DNA from: Candidatus Villigracilis adiacens | Lineage (GTDB): Bacteria; Chloroflexota; Anaerolineae; Anaerolineales; Villigracilaceae | Length of the DNA: 64,000 nucleotides | Direction of reading: 5' to 3' | Assembly: GCA_016703605.1 (NCBI GenBank) | Contig: JADJBU010000008.1 | Coordinates: 91,819 to 155,818, forward strand | Part shown: positions 52,146 through 62,637 of the stretch, piece after piece | Layout of the letters: every line of letters begins with the position of its first letter | Position numbering within the stretch: the stretch's first letter is position 1 | Notes under the pieces: model-generated | What the model was told of the DNA's origin: nothing | Databases searched by the model: none | The model's input: the letters and a program-made list of their open reading frames with translations, nothing else | Position numbers and translations under genes: made by a program

Positions 52146-54629
52146 TTATAAACTCGGCTCGACGATCGCCTCAGATGATTTCGCCAGCGCGATCTCGCCG
52201 TCGTCATCGACGACAATCGTGATGTTATCGCCATCGACGAATTCGCCGGAGAGCAATTTATCGGAGAGCGGGTCTTCGACCTTCATCTGGATGACGCGGC
52301 GTAACGGTCTTGCGCCAAACTCGGAGTCGTATCCCTGCTCTGCCAGAAGAGACAGGGCTTCCTCGATTGCGATCAGTCCCAGGTCGTGGTCTGTGAGGCG
52401 TTCGGCGACCTTGTCCAGTTCGAGGCTGACGATTTTGCGGATGTCTTCCTTGTTGAGGGCGCGGAAGATGACCACGGCATCCACGCGGTTGATGAACTCG
52501 GGGCGGAAGGCGCGTTTGAGCGATTCGTTCAACTTCTTGCGCATGTCTTCGTACGAAAGTTTCTCCTCGGTCTCTTCATCGCGTTTGAGCGCAAAACCGA
52601 GATTGCTCTGGCGTTTAATCACATCCGCGCCGATGTTGGAGGTCATGACGATGATGGCGTTGCGGAAGTCAACCTTGTGTCCCTTCGCGTCGCTGAGGTG
52701 ACCTTCTTCCATGATTTGCAGCAACATGTTGTGGACTTCGGGATGCGCCTTCTCGATCTCATCAAAGACGACGATGGAATACGGGCGGCGGCGCAGGGCT
52801 TCGGTCAGTTGACCGGCGTCTTCGTAGCCGATGTATCCGGGAGGGGCGCCAACCAGGCGCGAGGCGGTGTGGCGTTCCATGAACTCGGACATGTCGAGCA
52901 TCACGGCGGCGTCTTCGCTGCCAAACATAAATTTGGCGAGAGCCTTGGTCAATTCGGTTTTGCCGACGCCGGTGGGTCCGAGGAACATGAACGAACCGAT
53001 GGGGCGTTTGGGATTCTTCAACCCGGCGCGGGCGCGGCGCACGGCGCGGGAGATGGCAATGATGGCGTCCTCCTGCCCGACGATGGCTTTGCGCAACTCT
53101 TCTTCCATCTTGAGCAGGCGCTGCGATTCGGCTTCAGTAAGCTGCATGAGCGGAACGCCCGTCCACATCGAGACGACTTCAGCGATATCTTCGGCAGAAA
53201 CGACCGGGCTGCTGGCGCGGTCCCAGCCGGTGCGCAGGCGTTCGATCTGCTGACCAAGGTCGATCTCGCGTTCCTCCCATTCGCGCAGGTCTTCGGTGTT
53301 GCCCTCTTCATTGGCAAGTGAGCGGTTCTGGCGCGCCTGGCGCAACTGACTGAACAAATCCTTGGCTTGTTTCGCGGCGGGGCTTTTGTACATGCGCACG
53401 CGCGAGGATGATTCATCAATCAGGTCGATGGCTTTGTCGGGTAAAAACCGTTCGGTGACATAGCGCGACGATAAATGCGCGGCGGCTTCGAGCGCATCGT
53501 CTGAAATGACAAGGTGGTGGTGTTCTTCGTAGGCGGAGCGAATGCCCTTGAGGATTTGGATCGTCTCTTCTTCCGAGGGTTCATCCACCTGCACGGGTTG
53601 GAAGCGGCGTTCGAGCGCGGCATCCGATTCGATGTGTTTGCGGTATTCGTCCAGCGTGGTCGCGCCGATGACCTGCAACTCGCCGCGCGATAATGCCGGT
53701 TTGAGGATGTTTGCGGCGTCGACGGAGGAGCCCGCGGCTCCCGCCCCGACCAGCATGTGGACCTCGTCTATGAACAGGATCGCCCCCGATTGTTTTAACT
53801 CATCTATGATTCGTTTGAGTCTTTCCTCGAATTGACCGCGATACATGGTGCCCGCCACGAGTGAGCCTACATCCAATTGAAGCAGGCGCTTGTTCATGAG
53901 CGGAGCAGGCACATCGCCGTCGACGATGCGCTGGGCGAGCCCTTCCACGATGGCGGTCTTGCCCACGCCGGGTTCGCCGATGAGGGCGGGGTTGTTCTTG
54001 GTGCGGCGCGCCAGAATTTGAATGACGCGCTCAATTTCCATCTGGCGGCCGATGACCGGGTCGAGTTTTTTCTCTTCGGCTTTGGCGGTCAGGTCGCTGG
54101 CGAGTTGGTCGACGAGCGGGGTTTTGGGATTCGCTCCCGGGGCAGACCTGCCCGGTTGGGGTCCCGCAGGCGTCGGCGCGGAGGTCGAGGCGGACTCATT
54201 AAGGACGCGCCGGGTCTGGCGGCGAATCTGGTCTGGAGTCACGCCGAGTCGCCTTAAGGCTTCCAAGGCAGTCGAATCCACGCGGACAAGCCCGAGCAGG
54301 ATGTGCTCGGTGCCGATGTAGTGATGCCCGAGTCGGCGGGCTTCGTCCACGGCATATTCGAGAACCTGCTGGGTCTCCGGGGCAAGTTCGACGCGGTTGG
54401 GATCGAAATTGGCGGCGCTGCCCGAGATGCGGTTGATCACGTCACGCACCCGGTCGGATGACATGCCAAGTTCGCGCAGGACGCGTCCCGCCACGCCGCC
54501 CTCTTCGTCCATGAGACCGAGGAGCAGGTGTTCGGTGCCGATATTATTCTGCCGGGCGCGTTCCGCCTCCTGATGGGCGAGGGAAAGCACGCGCCGTGCC
54601 CTTTGTGTAAATCGTTCCATGCCAGCCAT
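52146..54629 (-). CDS. clpC: ATP-dependent Clp protease ATP-binding subunit ClpC
   Basis: Clp N repeats, [37 protein letters not shown]. Confidence 0.97.
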   Translation of the reverse strand: MAGMERFTQRARRVLSLAHQEAERARQNNIGTEHLLLGLMDEEGGVAGRVLRELGMSSDRVRDVINRISGSAANFDPNRVELAPETQQVLEYAVDEARRLGHHYIGTEHILLGLVRVDSTALEALRRLGVTPDQIRRQTRRVLNESASTSAPTPAGPQPGRSAPGANPKTPLVDQLASDLTAKAEEKKLDPVIGRQMEIERVIQILARRTKNNPALIGEPGVGKTAIVEGLAQRIVDGDVPAPLMNKRLLQLDVGSLVAGTMYRGQFEERLKRIIDELKQSGAILFIDEVHMLVGAGAAGSSVDAANILKPALSRGELQVIGATTLDEYRKHIESDAALERRFQPVQVDEPSEEETIQILKGIRSAYEEHHHLVISDDALEAAAHLSSRYVTERFLPDKAIDLIDESSSRVRMYKSPAAKQAKDLFSQLRQARQNRSLANEEGNTEDLREWEEREIDLGQQIERLRTGWDRASSPVVSAEDIAEVVSMWTGVPLMQLTEAESQRLLKMEEELRKAIVGQEDAIIAISRAVRRARAGLKNPKRPIGSFMFLGPTGVGKTELTKALAKFMFGSEDAAVMLDMSEFMERHTASRLVGAPPGYIGYEDAGQLTEALRRRPYSIVVFDEIEKAHPEVHNMLLQIMEEGHLSDAKGHKVDFRNAIIVMTSNIGADVIKRQSNLGFALKRDEETEEKLSYEDMRKKLNESLKRAFRPEFINRVDAVVIFRALNKEDIRKIVSLELDKVAERLTDHDLGLIAIEEALSLLAEQGYDSEFGARPLRRVIQMKVEDPLSDKLLSGEFVDGDNITIVVDDDGEIALAKSSEAIVEPSL

Positions 54630-54997
54630 AATTTTCTCCTAACTAACTATCGGGATTCTACCAAAAAGCGGGGAGGCGGGTGTAGGAAAAAGGTTAGAGT
54701 TTCCTTACGGGAGTGAATTTTGGTCGTGAAAAATTGATTTTTTATTACATACCTGGACAAATGGGTAGGTTCTTGAATAGACCTTTTGGAAAAGTTCCAG
54801 CCAAACTCTTCATATAACCTTTCCACCACGAAAGCAAGGAGCGCGGAGTTTTTGAATTCTTTGTGCGTCCGTGTCTCACGGTTGGGGCTTGTATCTTTTC
54901 AGCGTTCCCAATAAATCTCCATGCCGCAACCTGCTTTTCAAGATGGTAAGAATTCCGCCCGGGGTATAATGCGGAAATTTTTCACAGCGGACATCCC

Positions 54998-56176
54998 ATG
55001 AATCTCAACACACAATTCGAACTCATCCGGCAATCTGCGACGGTTGCCATGGCGGACAGGATCCTGGCGCTCAAGGCAGGCGGAAGGAACATCATCGGTT
55101 TGCAGGTCGGCGACCCGGATTACGGCACGCACCCCGCCATTGCAGAAGCGGCGCTCAAAGCGATTCAAAGCGGGTTGACCCATTACGGTCCTTCACGCGG
55201 ATATCCAGACCTGCGTGAAGCAATCGCAGCAAAATTGAAACGCGATGAAAACGTGATTTACGATCCCGCCTCGGAGATACTGGTCACCCACGGCGGCATC
55301 CATGCCTATTACACCGCCATGCAGTCGATTCTCAACCCCGGCGACGATGTCTTGATCCCCGACCCATCCTGGGCAACCCATTCCAATATGGCGATCATGC
55401 TGAGGGGAAACGTGATCCGCGTGCCTGCTCCGGCGGAAAACAACTTCATCCCGCATTTCGAATCTTGGGAGAAGGCTCTCACACCCAAAACACGGATCAT
55501 CGTGTTGAACTACCCCTCCAACCCGACCGGCGCATACCCAACACGGGACTATCTGCAAAAATTACAAGGCTTCGCAAAGGCGCATAACCTGTGGATCGTC
55601 AGCGATGAAGTGTATGGAAGTTTGTATTATGGAGGGAAGCCGACATGTGCCGCGGCGTTCGAAGGCGCAAAGGAGCGGACGATCCTCGTCAACAGCCTGT
55701 CGAAGTCTTATGCGATGACGGGCTGGCGGGTCGGTTTTCTTGCCGCGCCCGCATCCGTGATCGATAACGCCTTGAAAGCCGGGCAAAACTCGATCACCTG
55801 TGTCGCCCCTTTCATTCAAAAAGCCGCCGCGTTCGCATTGACCGACCCTGAGATTCAACAGGTCACAGCCAGGATGCGAGCCGGGTATGCCCATCGCCGC
55901 GAATCGGTTTTGAGGATCGCGCGCGAACTTGAAAGCGACAAAGTCCTCGTTACGCCTCCGCAAGGCGCGTTCTATTTCTTCCTCGACCTGCGTCCTTTGA
56001 AGATGACCTCGCTCGATATCTGCGAAAGAATCCTTGATGAAGCGGGCGTGGGACTGGTTCCCGGTTCGGCGTTTGGGACCCAGGGAGAAGGTTTCGTGCG
56101 GATGTGCATTGCCGCCTCCGATGAAGATGTGGAGAATGGGTTTCGGAAGATTGTGGAGTGGGCGGAGAGACGTTAA
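54998..56176 (+). CDS. PLP-dependent class I/II aminotransferase (aspartate/aromatic)
   Basis: GDPD, NYPSNPTG, SDEVY, SLSKSYAMTGWRVG. Confidence 0.92.
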   Translation: MNLNTQFELIRQSATVAMADRILALKAGGRNIIGLQVGDPDYGTHPAIAEAALKAIQSGLTHYGPSRGYPDLREAIAAKLKRDENVIYDPASEILVTHGGIHAYYTAMQSILNPGDDVLIPDPSWATHSNMAIMLRGNVIRVPAPAENNFIPHFESWEKALTPKTRIIVLNYPSNPTGAYPTRDYLQKLQGFAKAHNLWIVSDEVYGSLYYGGKPTCAAAFEGAKERTILVNSLSKSYAMTGWRVGFLAAPASVIDNALKAGQNSITCVAPFIQKAAAFALTDPEIQQVTARMRAGYAHRRESVLRIARELESDKVLVTPPQGAFYFFLDLRPLKMTSLDICERILDEAGVGLVPGSAFGTQGEGFVRMCIAASDEDVENGFRKIVEWAERR

Positions 56177-56178
56177 GT

Positions 56179-56276
56179 AGTTATCAGTGAGTAGTGAGTA
56201 GTGAGTAGTGAATGGTGAATGGTAAGTAGTGAGTAGTGAATGGTGAATGGTGAATGGTGAATAGTGGATAGTGGAG
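56179..56276 (+). repeat. Heptamer array x14, all units RGT-N4
   Basis: AGTTATC (AGTGAGT)3 AGTGAAT GGTGAAT GGTAAGT AGTGAGT AGTGAAT (GGTGAAT)3 AGTGGAT AGTGGAG. Confidence 0.92.
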
Positions 56277-56281
56277 ATGAT

Positions 56282-57094
56282 ATGAGAGTTGCATTTCAGG
56301 GCGAACCGGGGGCTTATTCGGAACAGGCAGTGTTCGAATATTTTGGCGAGGTGGAAACCGTCCCTTGCGAATCTTTCGATGTGATGTTCGATTCGGTCGC
56401 CTCGGGCAAAAGCGACGCCGCCCTCGCCCCCATCGAGAATTCCCTCGCCGGGAGCATTCATCAAAACTACGACCTGCTCCTGCGCCATTCCCTGCACATC
56501 ACGGGTGAGTATTTTTTGCGCGTCCGGCATTGTCTGATCGCAAACCATGGGGTCAAGAAGGAGGAATTAAAGAAAGCCATCAGCCATCCGCAGGCTTTGG
56601 GTCAATGCGCCGGGTATTTGCACAGCTGCGGCATCAAAGCGGAACAGGTCTACGATACGGCGGGAAGCGTCAAGATGTTGAAGGAATCCGGCGCGCGCGA
56701 CACTGCCGCCATTGCATCGAAACGCGCTGCAAAGTTATACGGAATGCAGATATTGGAAGAGGGAATTGAAGACAACGCCGAGAACTACACCCGCTTCCTT
56801 GCTGTGCAGCGCGAACCTGTCGCCCCGCAAGGCAACGCAAAAACTTCCATTGTGTTTACCCTGAAGAATGTCCCCGGGTCGCTTTTCAAAGCCATGAGCG
56901 TCTTTGCCCTGCGCGACATCGACCTGACCAAGATCGAATCGCGCCCGCTGGCGGGCAAGCCCTGGGAATATTTGTTTTATATCGATTTCCTCGGCTCTAT
57001 CAATGAAGAGCCGGCCAAACGCGCGCTCGATCATCTCGGCGAATATGCCATCATGCTGCGCGTGTTGGGTTCGTATCCGCGCTTCATCCCTTGA
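56282..57094 (+). CDS. pheA: Prephenate dehydratase
   Basis: VAFQGEPGAYS, PIENS, SHPQALGQC, NYTRF, LTKIESRP ACT domain. Confidence 0.95.
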   Translation: MRVAFQGEPGAYSEQAVFEYFGEVETVPCESFDVMFDSVASGKSDAALAPIENSLAGSIHQNYDLLLRHSLHITGEYFLRVRHCLIANHGVKKEELKKAISHPQALGQCAGYLHSCGIKAEQVYDTAGSVKMLKESGARDTAAIASKRAAKLYGMQILEEGIEDNAENYTRFLAVQREPVAPQGNAKTSIVFTLKNVPGSLFKAMSVFALRDIDLTKIESRPLAGKPWEYLFYIDFLGSINEEPAKRALDHLGEYAIMLRVLGSYPRFIP

Positions 57095-57518
57095 TGATCT
57101 CGACCAATCCCCTCAAGCCCAATTCATAAGAGCGCCAGCCGAAGCCGGTTACTTTGCCTTTACACACGGCAGACACAAATGATGTATGCCTGAATTCTTC
57201 ACGCGCATACACGTTCGAAAGATGCACTTCGATCACTGGAATCACAATCGCTGAGATTGCATCACGCAACGCCACAGACGTATGAGTGTACCCACCCGGG
57301 TTGAAGACCACGCCCGAAGCCCATGTCCGCGCATCGTGCAGGGCATCGATCAACGCGCCTTCATGGTTCGACTGCAAACAGCTCACTTCGGCGCCCAACT
57401 CCTTGCCCAATGCGATCATCTTCTGGTTGATGTCATCCAATGTCATCGAGCCGTACACATCCGGCTCACGTGTGCCAAGTAAATTTAAGTTTGGTCCGTG
57501 CAGGATCAATATTTTCAT
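57084..57518 (-). CDS. aroQ: Type II 3-dehydroquinate dehydratase
   Basis: LHGPNLNLLGTREPDVYG, SNHEG, NPGGYTHTS, EVHLSN. Confidence 0.97.
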   Translation of the reverse strand: MKILILHGPNLNLLGTREPDVYGSMTLDDINQKMIALGKELGAEVSCLQSNHEGALIDALHDARTWASGVVFNPGGYTHTSVALRDAISAIVIPVIEVHLSNVYAREEFRHTSFVSAVCKGKVTGFGWRSYELGLRGLVEIIKG

Positions 57519-57574
57519 TCAGCCTCTCGTACTGCAAAATTTATTTTGCAACTTCACACAACCTGAAGGTTGCG

Positions 57575-59089
57575 CTACAAAACTTCTTCCAAATCATCCA
57601 CGTTCACCAACTCCACCCTGCCGATCTCAACTGGCAAAGCAAAGCGAATGGATTTTGCATTCTTCTTTTTATCCACCCGCATGGCTTGGATGATTTTCCC
57701 GCGCGGCATTTCAGCAGGGATTTGGATGGGCAGTCCCAACGCTGACAACGTGGACTCAATCGCCTCAACTGTGCTTTGACTTGCCAGCCCAACCCGAGCC
57801 GCATACCTCGCCTCAGCCGCCGTGCCGATGGCGATTGCCTCGCCATGCCGCAGCTCAAACTTGCTGACAAGTTCCACCGCATGTCCAATTGTGTGCCCCA
57901 GATTTAATTTCGCGCGGTCTCCCTTTTCATACGGGTCTTCTTCGATGACTTTTATCTTCACCGCCATTGCGCGTTTAACGACTTCTTCCAGATTCGACTT
58001 AACCCAGTCCATGCCCTGCTGGCACATGGCGAAGAGGTCTGGGTCTGAGATGATGCCGTGCTTGACCACCTCCGCCATGCCGGAGCGGAGCTCGCGATCT
58101 GTCAGCGTAAGCAAAAGGCTTGGGTCTGCAATGACCAGCTTCGGCGGATGGAAAGAGCCGATGAGGTTTTTTCCTTCCGGTAGATCAAAGCCAGTCTTCC
58201 CACCCAGCGAAGCATCCACCATGGAAAGCAGGGTCGTGGGAACGCCGATCCAATCGATGCCGCGCATGTAGGTGGACGCGGCAAAACCGGTCATGTCGCC
58301 GATCACGCCGCCGCCGAGGGCAATGACGGCGCTTTTGCGGTCGAGCCCGTTTTCGAGAAAAGCTTTCCACAGGCGCGAAACGGTTTCGAGATTTTTATGC
58401 TCTTCGCCCGCAGGCACGATAACGGATTTGGCGTTGAAGAGCGTTTGAATTTTTTCGAGATGATGCTTTGCTACGTTTTCGTCAGTGACGATGATGGGGT
58501 TTTGCAAAGATGGCAAGTTGAAAACTTGCCCTACGATGATGTCATATTCACCCATCGCGGAGAGATGATGCCTGCCGAGTTTAATTTGGGCTTCGCGCGC
58601 GTTTTGCTCGGAAGGCTTGTTGTCAACATGGTGTTTTAGTGTGAACGAGTTGTAATGTTCTTTGCGTTTTTCAAGCAACGCCGCGAGTTTATTTTTGAGA
58701 TCACCTGCCAACAGCGGACGTTTGCCCGGCTCATGCTGAATGCGGTTGAGCAGGGTTGGGAGTTCCGCCATGAGCAAAAGGATTTTGCCATTCGCTTCGG
58801 CGTAGTCACGGTTTTCATTGCGCAGCAACGCGCCGCCGCCAAGGGCGATGATTTTGTGTGAGTCTGTCACGCTGGAAGCGTGACCTACAAGTTCTTTTAA
58901 CGCGGCAGTTTCCATGTCACGAAAAGCGGTCTCGCCCTGCTGTTCCATGATCTGCGGAATGGACATGCCTGCATTTGTTTCGATCACGCGGTCAAGGTCT
59001 ATGAACGCGAGTTTGAGACTCCGCGCCAGAAGTTTGCCGAGGGTGCTTTTGCCCGTGCCGGGCGGTCCGTAGAGGAAGATATGTTTCAT
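57575..59089 (-). CDS. aroB: Bifunctional shikimate kinase / 3-dehydroquinate synthase (AroK-AroB fusion)
   Basis: GPPGTGKS..DLDRVIE..GGG (AroK), then GGGVIGD, PTTLL..DAS.GGKTG, NLGHTIGHA (AroB). Confidence 0.93.
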   Translation of the reverse strand: MKHIFLYGPPGTGKSTLGKLLARSLKLAFIDLDRVIETNAGMSIPQIMEQQGETAFRDMETAALKELVGHASSVTDSHKIIALGGGALLRNENRDYAEANGKILLLMAELPTLLNRIQHEPGKRPLLAGDLKNKLAALLEKRKEHYNSFTLKHHVDNKPSEQNAREAQIKLGRHHLSAMGEYDIIVGQVFNLPSLQNPIIVTDENVAKHHLEKIQTLFNAKSVIVPAGEEHKNLETVSRLWKAFLENGLDRKSAVIALGGGVIGDMTGFAASTYMRGIDWIGVPTTLLSMVDASLGGKTGFDLPEGKNLIGSFHPPKLVIADPSLLLTLTDRELRSGMAEVVKHGIISDPDLFAMCQQGMDWVKSNLEEVVKRAMAVKIKVIEEDPYEKGDRAKLNLGHTIGHAVELVSKFELRHGEAIAIGTAAEARYAARVGLASQSTVEAIESTLSALGLPIQIPAEMPRGKIIQAMRVDKKKNAKSIRFALPVEIGRVELVNVDDLEEVL

Positions 59090-59166
59090 AATGAAGAATG
59101 CAGAATGATGAATGAGGAATGGGGCGTGTTTACTTGTTTACTTGTCTACTTGTTTCCATGTTTACT
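59090..59166. repeat. Heptamer array (AATG-N3 x5) followed by an octamer array (TGTTTACT-type x5)
   Basis: AATGAAG AATGCAG AATGATG AATGAGG AATGGGG; TGTTTACT TGTTTACT TGTCTACT TGTTTCCA TGTTTACT. Confidence 0.85.
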
Positions 59167-59169
59167 TTC

Positions 59170-60345
59170 TTACTCCCAAAACACATGCGGAATATTATCC
59201 ATCGGCAGGTCTTCGAGGGTGGCTTTGCGCAAGGACTCAAAGCGCGGTTTCATTTCGTTCATTGAGTCACCGCCGAGTTTTTCGAGGAGCGCATCTGCCA
59301 AAACGAAGGCGACCATTGCCTCAAGAATCGGCACCGCGCGCGGAACGGGGCAGAAGTCGGAACGTTCGTATTTGGTGGGGGCATTCTCGCCAGAAGCAAG
59401 GTCAACGGTTTGTTGTGGGACGAGGGTTGTAGCAATCGGTTTCATCGCAGCGCGGATGATGATGGGCTGTCCGTTGCTTACTCCGCCTTCGGTGCCGCCG
59501 GCTCTGTTGGTTGAACGTTGAAGGTCGAAGGTTGAAGGTTGAAGGTTGATTGGGTCATGCGCTTTAGTTCCTAATCGTTTTGCATTTTCAAATGCGTCGC
59601 CGACTTCGACACCTTTGATCGCTTGAACGGACATGATGGCATGAGCCAGTTTGGCTTCGAGGCGTTTGTCCCATTGCACGAAACTACCCAAGCCAACGGG
59701 TAGATTGAGCGCAACGATTTCAAGGACGCCGCCGAGGGTATTTTTGCTGTGGATGGTCTTTTCGATTTCGGCGCGCATCTTTTCAGCGGAGGATTCGATT
59801 GGGCAACGGATATCCGATTCTTCGGCGCGAGTGAAGCGTTCTTCATAGGGCAAATCGCCAAAATCGGTTTGCACTTCGCCAATTGACGAAACGTATCCGC
59901 CAACGATGATGCCGAACTGGGCAAGGAAATGTTTACACACAGCTCCAGCCGCAACGCGCATGGTGGTCTCACGAGCGGAGGCGCGCTCCAATGCAGGGCG
60001 CAAATCTTTATAGCCATACTTGACTGCGCCGGTTAAGTCCGCGTGACCTGGGCGGGGAGCGGTCATCGGCTCGATGGCTTTGCCCTTCCATTTGACATGG
60101 TCATCGTTTTGCACGAGCAAAGCAATCGGCGCGCCGGTGGTTTCGCCGCCCATCACGCCGCCGAGAATTTGCACCGTGTCTTTCTCGATCTTCATGCGCC
60201 CGCCGGAGCCGTATCCCTGCTGGCGGCGGGTGAGTTCTTTGTTGATAATGTCTGGCGAGAGGGGAAGCCCGGCGGGGATGCCATCGAGAATGGTGGTGAG
60301 TGATGGTCCGTGGGATTCACCGGCGGTGAGAAAGCGTAAGGGCAT
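59170..60345 (-). CDS. aroC: Chorismate synthase
   Basis: LRFLTAGESHG, PRPGHAD, ERASARET, NRAGGTEGG, KPIAT, RSD; contains an in-frame heptamer tract at 59509-59550. Confidence 0.96.
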   Translation of the reverse strand: MPLRFLTAGESHGPSLTTILDGIPAGLPLSPDIINKELTRRQQGYGSGGRMKIEKDTVQILGGVMGGETTGAPIALLVQNDDHVKWKGKAIEPMTAPRPGHADLTGAVKYGYKDLRPALERASARETTMRVAAGAVCKHFLAQFGIIVGGYVSSIGEVQTDFGDLPYEERFTRAEESDIRCPIESSAEKMRAEIEKTIHSKNTLGGVLEIVALNLPVGLGSFVQWDKRLEAKLAHAIMSVQAIKGVEVGDAFENAKRLGTKAHDPINLQPSTFDLQRSTNRAGGTEGGVSNGQPIIIRAAMKPIATTLVPQQTVDLASGENAPTKYERSDFCPVPRAVPILEAMVAFVLADALLEKLGGDSMNEMKPRFESLRKATLEDLPMDNIPHVFWE

Positions 60346-60355
60346 GGGGTCTCCG

Positions 60356-60418
60356 AGTGGAAAGTGGTGAGTGGAAAGTGGAAAGTTATCAGTTGTCAGT
60401 GAATAGTGATAAGTATTC
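60356..60418. repeat. Heptamer array x9, all units AGT-N4
   Basis: AGTGGAA AGTGGTG AGTGGAA AGTGGAA AGTTATC AGTTGTC AGTGAAT AGTGATA AGTATTC. Confidence 0.88.
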
Positions 60419-60446
60419 AAAAGAGGAAAGAAGAAAGAAGACGGAA

Positions 60447-61271
60447 TTATGATTCGATAGCTTGATAAAGAATGTCGCGCGGCGGGTTGTGTCCTGTCCA
60501 TTTTTCGAAGGCGAGGGCGGCTTGTTCGATGAGCATGCCCAAGCCGGTGGAGGCGTTCAGTCCCTGGGCGCGGGCGTCGCGGACGAGTTTGGTCTCACGT
60601 GGGTTATACACTAAATCATAAACGAATGTGCGTTTCGATAAAACCGTATTTTCAGGCAGGGGTGAGGTTTCGATGTTGGGTGTCATGCCGAGAGGAGTGG
60701 TGTTGACGAGTAAGTGGAAAGTTAAAAGTGGAAAGTCGGCGAGGTTGGTAATTGGTAATTGGTAATTGGTAAATGAGTCTGCGAGTTTTTGCGCTTGTTC
60801 AATTCGACGGGCCGCAATTGTGACGTTCCAGCCATCGTTAAGCAAAGCATAAACAACGGCTCTGGCAGAACCTCCCGCACCGAGTACCAACGCAGAATGC
60901 GGAATGATGAATGATGAATTTGAAACCCTCTTCAAATCGGAAAGGAAACCTGGCGCGTCGGTATTGTCTCCGATGAGTTTGTCGTCTCGCATATAAATGG
61001 TATTGACTGCGCCAATGGATTTTGCTGTTTGCGTGAGTTCATCCATGAACCCGATCACATTTTGTTTATGCGGAATGGTGACATTGAGTCCGTGGATTTC
61101 GCCTGCACGGACACGGGTTAGGAGATTAAAAAGTTCTTGCTTATCATCCGGGTGAATGGGGAATAGAGAATAGTTACCTTGCAAGTTAAACGCACTCAAA
61201 GCAGCCGTATGAATCTTTGGCGAAAGTGAGTGTCCTAAAGGGTAACCGATCAAACCGAGTTGATAATTCAT
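60447..61271 (-). CDS. aroE: Shikimate dehydrogenase
   Basis: GYPLGHSLSP, NVTIPHK, GAVNT, NTD, LGAGGSAR, DLVYNP, GMLIEQA; two in-frame heptamer tracts. Confidence 0.95.
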   Translation of the reverse strand: MNYQLGLIGYPLGHSLSPKIHTAALSAFNLQGNYSLFPIHPDDKQELFNLLTRVRAGEIHGLNVTIPHKQNVIGFMDELTQTAKSIGAVNTIYMRDDKLIGDNTDAPGFLSDLKRVSNSSFIIPHSALVLGAGGSARAVVYALLNDGWNVTIAARRIEQAQKLADSFTNYQLPITNLADFPLLTFHLLVNTTPLGMTPNIETSPLPENTVLSKRTFVYDLVYNPRETKLVRDARAQGLNASTGLGMLIEQAALAFEKWTGHNPPRDILYQAIES

Positions 61272-61281
61272 CTTTACCTGT

Positions 61282-62637
61282 TTACTTGTTTCCTTGTGTA
61301 CGTAATTTCTCAAGGACTTCAAAGTAGTTTGGGAAAGTCTTGGAAACACAGGAGGGATTTTCGATGGTGACGCCGTCAACGCGCAAGCCGATGAGGGAGA
61401 ATGCCATTGCCATGCGGTGGTCGTTGTAGGTTTGGATGGTTGCAGGTTTGAAGGTTGAAAGTTGAAGGTTGAAGGTTGGGTGGATGGTCATGCCGTCTGC
61501 GTGTTCTTCGACTTGCACACCTAAACGGGCGAGTTCGGCGCAGGTTGCGTGGACACGGTCTGTTTCCTTCACACGGGCGGAAGCAATGCCGCGAATTCGT
61601 GTTGGTGACGAAGCGAAGGGAGCGACGGCGGCGAGGGTTTGGGCTGTGTCTGGGATGTCGCGCATGTCTACGTCTACGCCGTGCAAGAGCGAGTGACCAG
61701 TGACCAGTAAACAGTTATCAGTTTCTTGTACAGTACAGCCCATTTGTTGAAGGACATCAAGAAAGGCGATGTCGCCTTGAACAGACTTGCGCGAGATGTT
61801 CTCTACTTTGACAGTCCCACCGCAGATGGCAGGGGCAGCGAAGAAGTAGGAGGCGGCGGAGGCGTCACTTTCAAGAGGATACGAGTTACGAGTTACAGAT
61901 TGCGTAACTTGTAACTCGTAACTCGCGGGCGGCACACGAAAAAAATCATAACCACGCCGTTCCACTTCCACGCCAAAGTCTTGCATGATGGAGAGAGTCA
62001 TATCCACGTAGGGTTTAGAGTTGAGGTCGGTGGTGAGCTTCACTTCAACGGGAGTTTGAGCGTACGGGGCAACCATCAATAAAGCCGATAAGAATTGAGA
62101 GGAAATATCTCCCGCAATCGTTGTCCTTCCGCCCTTCAAGCCCGATGCCGTAATTTTTACTGGCGGGCAAATCTGCCTTCCGCCTTCCGCTTTCTGCATT
62201 GGCTGAATATCACACCCCAATTGTGCCAATGCCTCCACCAAATCCCCGATCGGACGTTCGCGCATTCTAGGTTCGCCATCCAGAATATATTCGCCGTTTC
62301 CAAGAGTCAGAAAGGCGGAAAGGAATCTGGCGGCAGTGCCTGCGTTGCCAATGAAGAGTTCCGCTTTCTTTGCAGGAATTTTCCCGCCCAGCCCGGTAAC
62401 CGTCATGGAGAAATTTGCTTCATCCAGTTGAACGTCGAAGCCGAGAGTTTGCAGGGCTTTGGCGAAGTAGCGCGAGTCGTCGGAGAAGAGGGCGTTGGTG
62501 AGATGAGTTGTCCCGTTTGCAAGGGCGGCAATGAGCAAGGCGCGGTTGGTGAGGGATTTCGAACCGGGCACGCGGACGGTGGCGTTGAGGGGGTGGTGGA
62601 TGGGGGGGATGCGGAGGGAAGGGGGGAGAGTGGGCAT
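61282..62637 (-). CDS. aroA: 3-phosphoshikimate 1-carboxyvinyltransferase (EPSP synthase)
   Basis: PGSKSLTNR, GNAGTAARF, SSQFLSALL, KETDR, DHRMAM, KTFP; three in-frame heptamer tracts. Confidence 0.96.
   Translation of the reverse strand: MPTLPPSLRIPPIHHPLNATVRVPGSKSLTNRALLIAALANGTTHLTNALFSDDSRYFAKALQTLGFDVQLDEANFSMTVTGLGGKIPAKKAELFIGNAGTAARFLSAFLTLGNGEYILDGEPRMRERPIGDLVEALAQLGCDIQPMQKAEGGRQICPPVKITASGLKGGRTTIAGDISSQFLSALLMVAPYAQTPVEVKLTTDLNSKPYVDMTLSIMQDFGVEVERRGYDFFRVPPASYELQVTQSVTRNSYPLESDASAASYFFAAPAICGGTVKVENISRKSVQGDIAFLDVLQQMGCTVQETDNCLLVTGHSLLHGVDVDMRDIPDTAQTLAAVAPFASSPTRIRGIASARVKETDRVHATCAELARLGVQVEEHADGMTIHPTFNLQLSTFKPATIQTYNDHRMAMAFSLIGLRVDGVTIENPSCVSKTFPNYFEVLEKLRTQGNK

Noticed and set aside
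54640-54900. Small ORF or CtsR/CIRCE operator upstream of clpC
   Set aside because: The AT-rich stretch gives only short unrecognisable frames, and I found no convincing CtsR repeat or CIRCE palindrome. The weak 9-mer-like inverted repeat at 54825-54882 is too degenerate to call.
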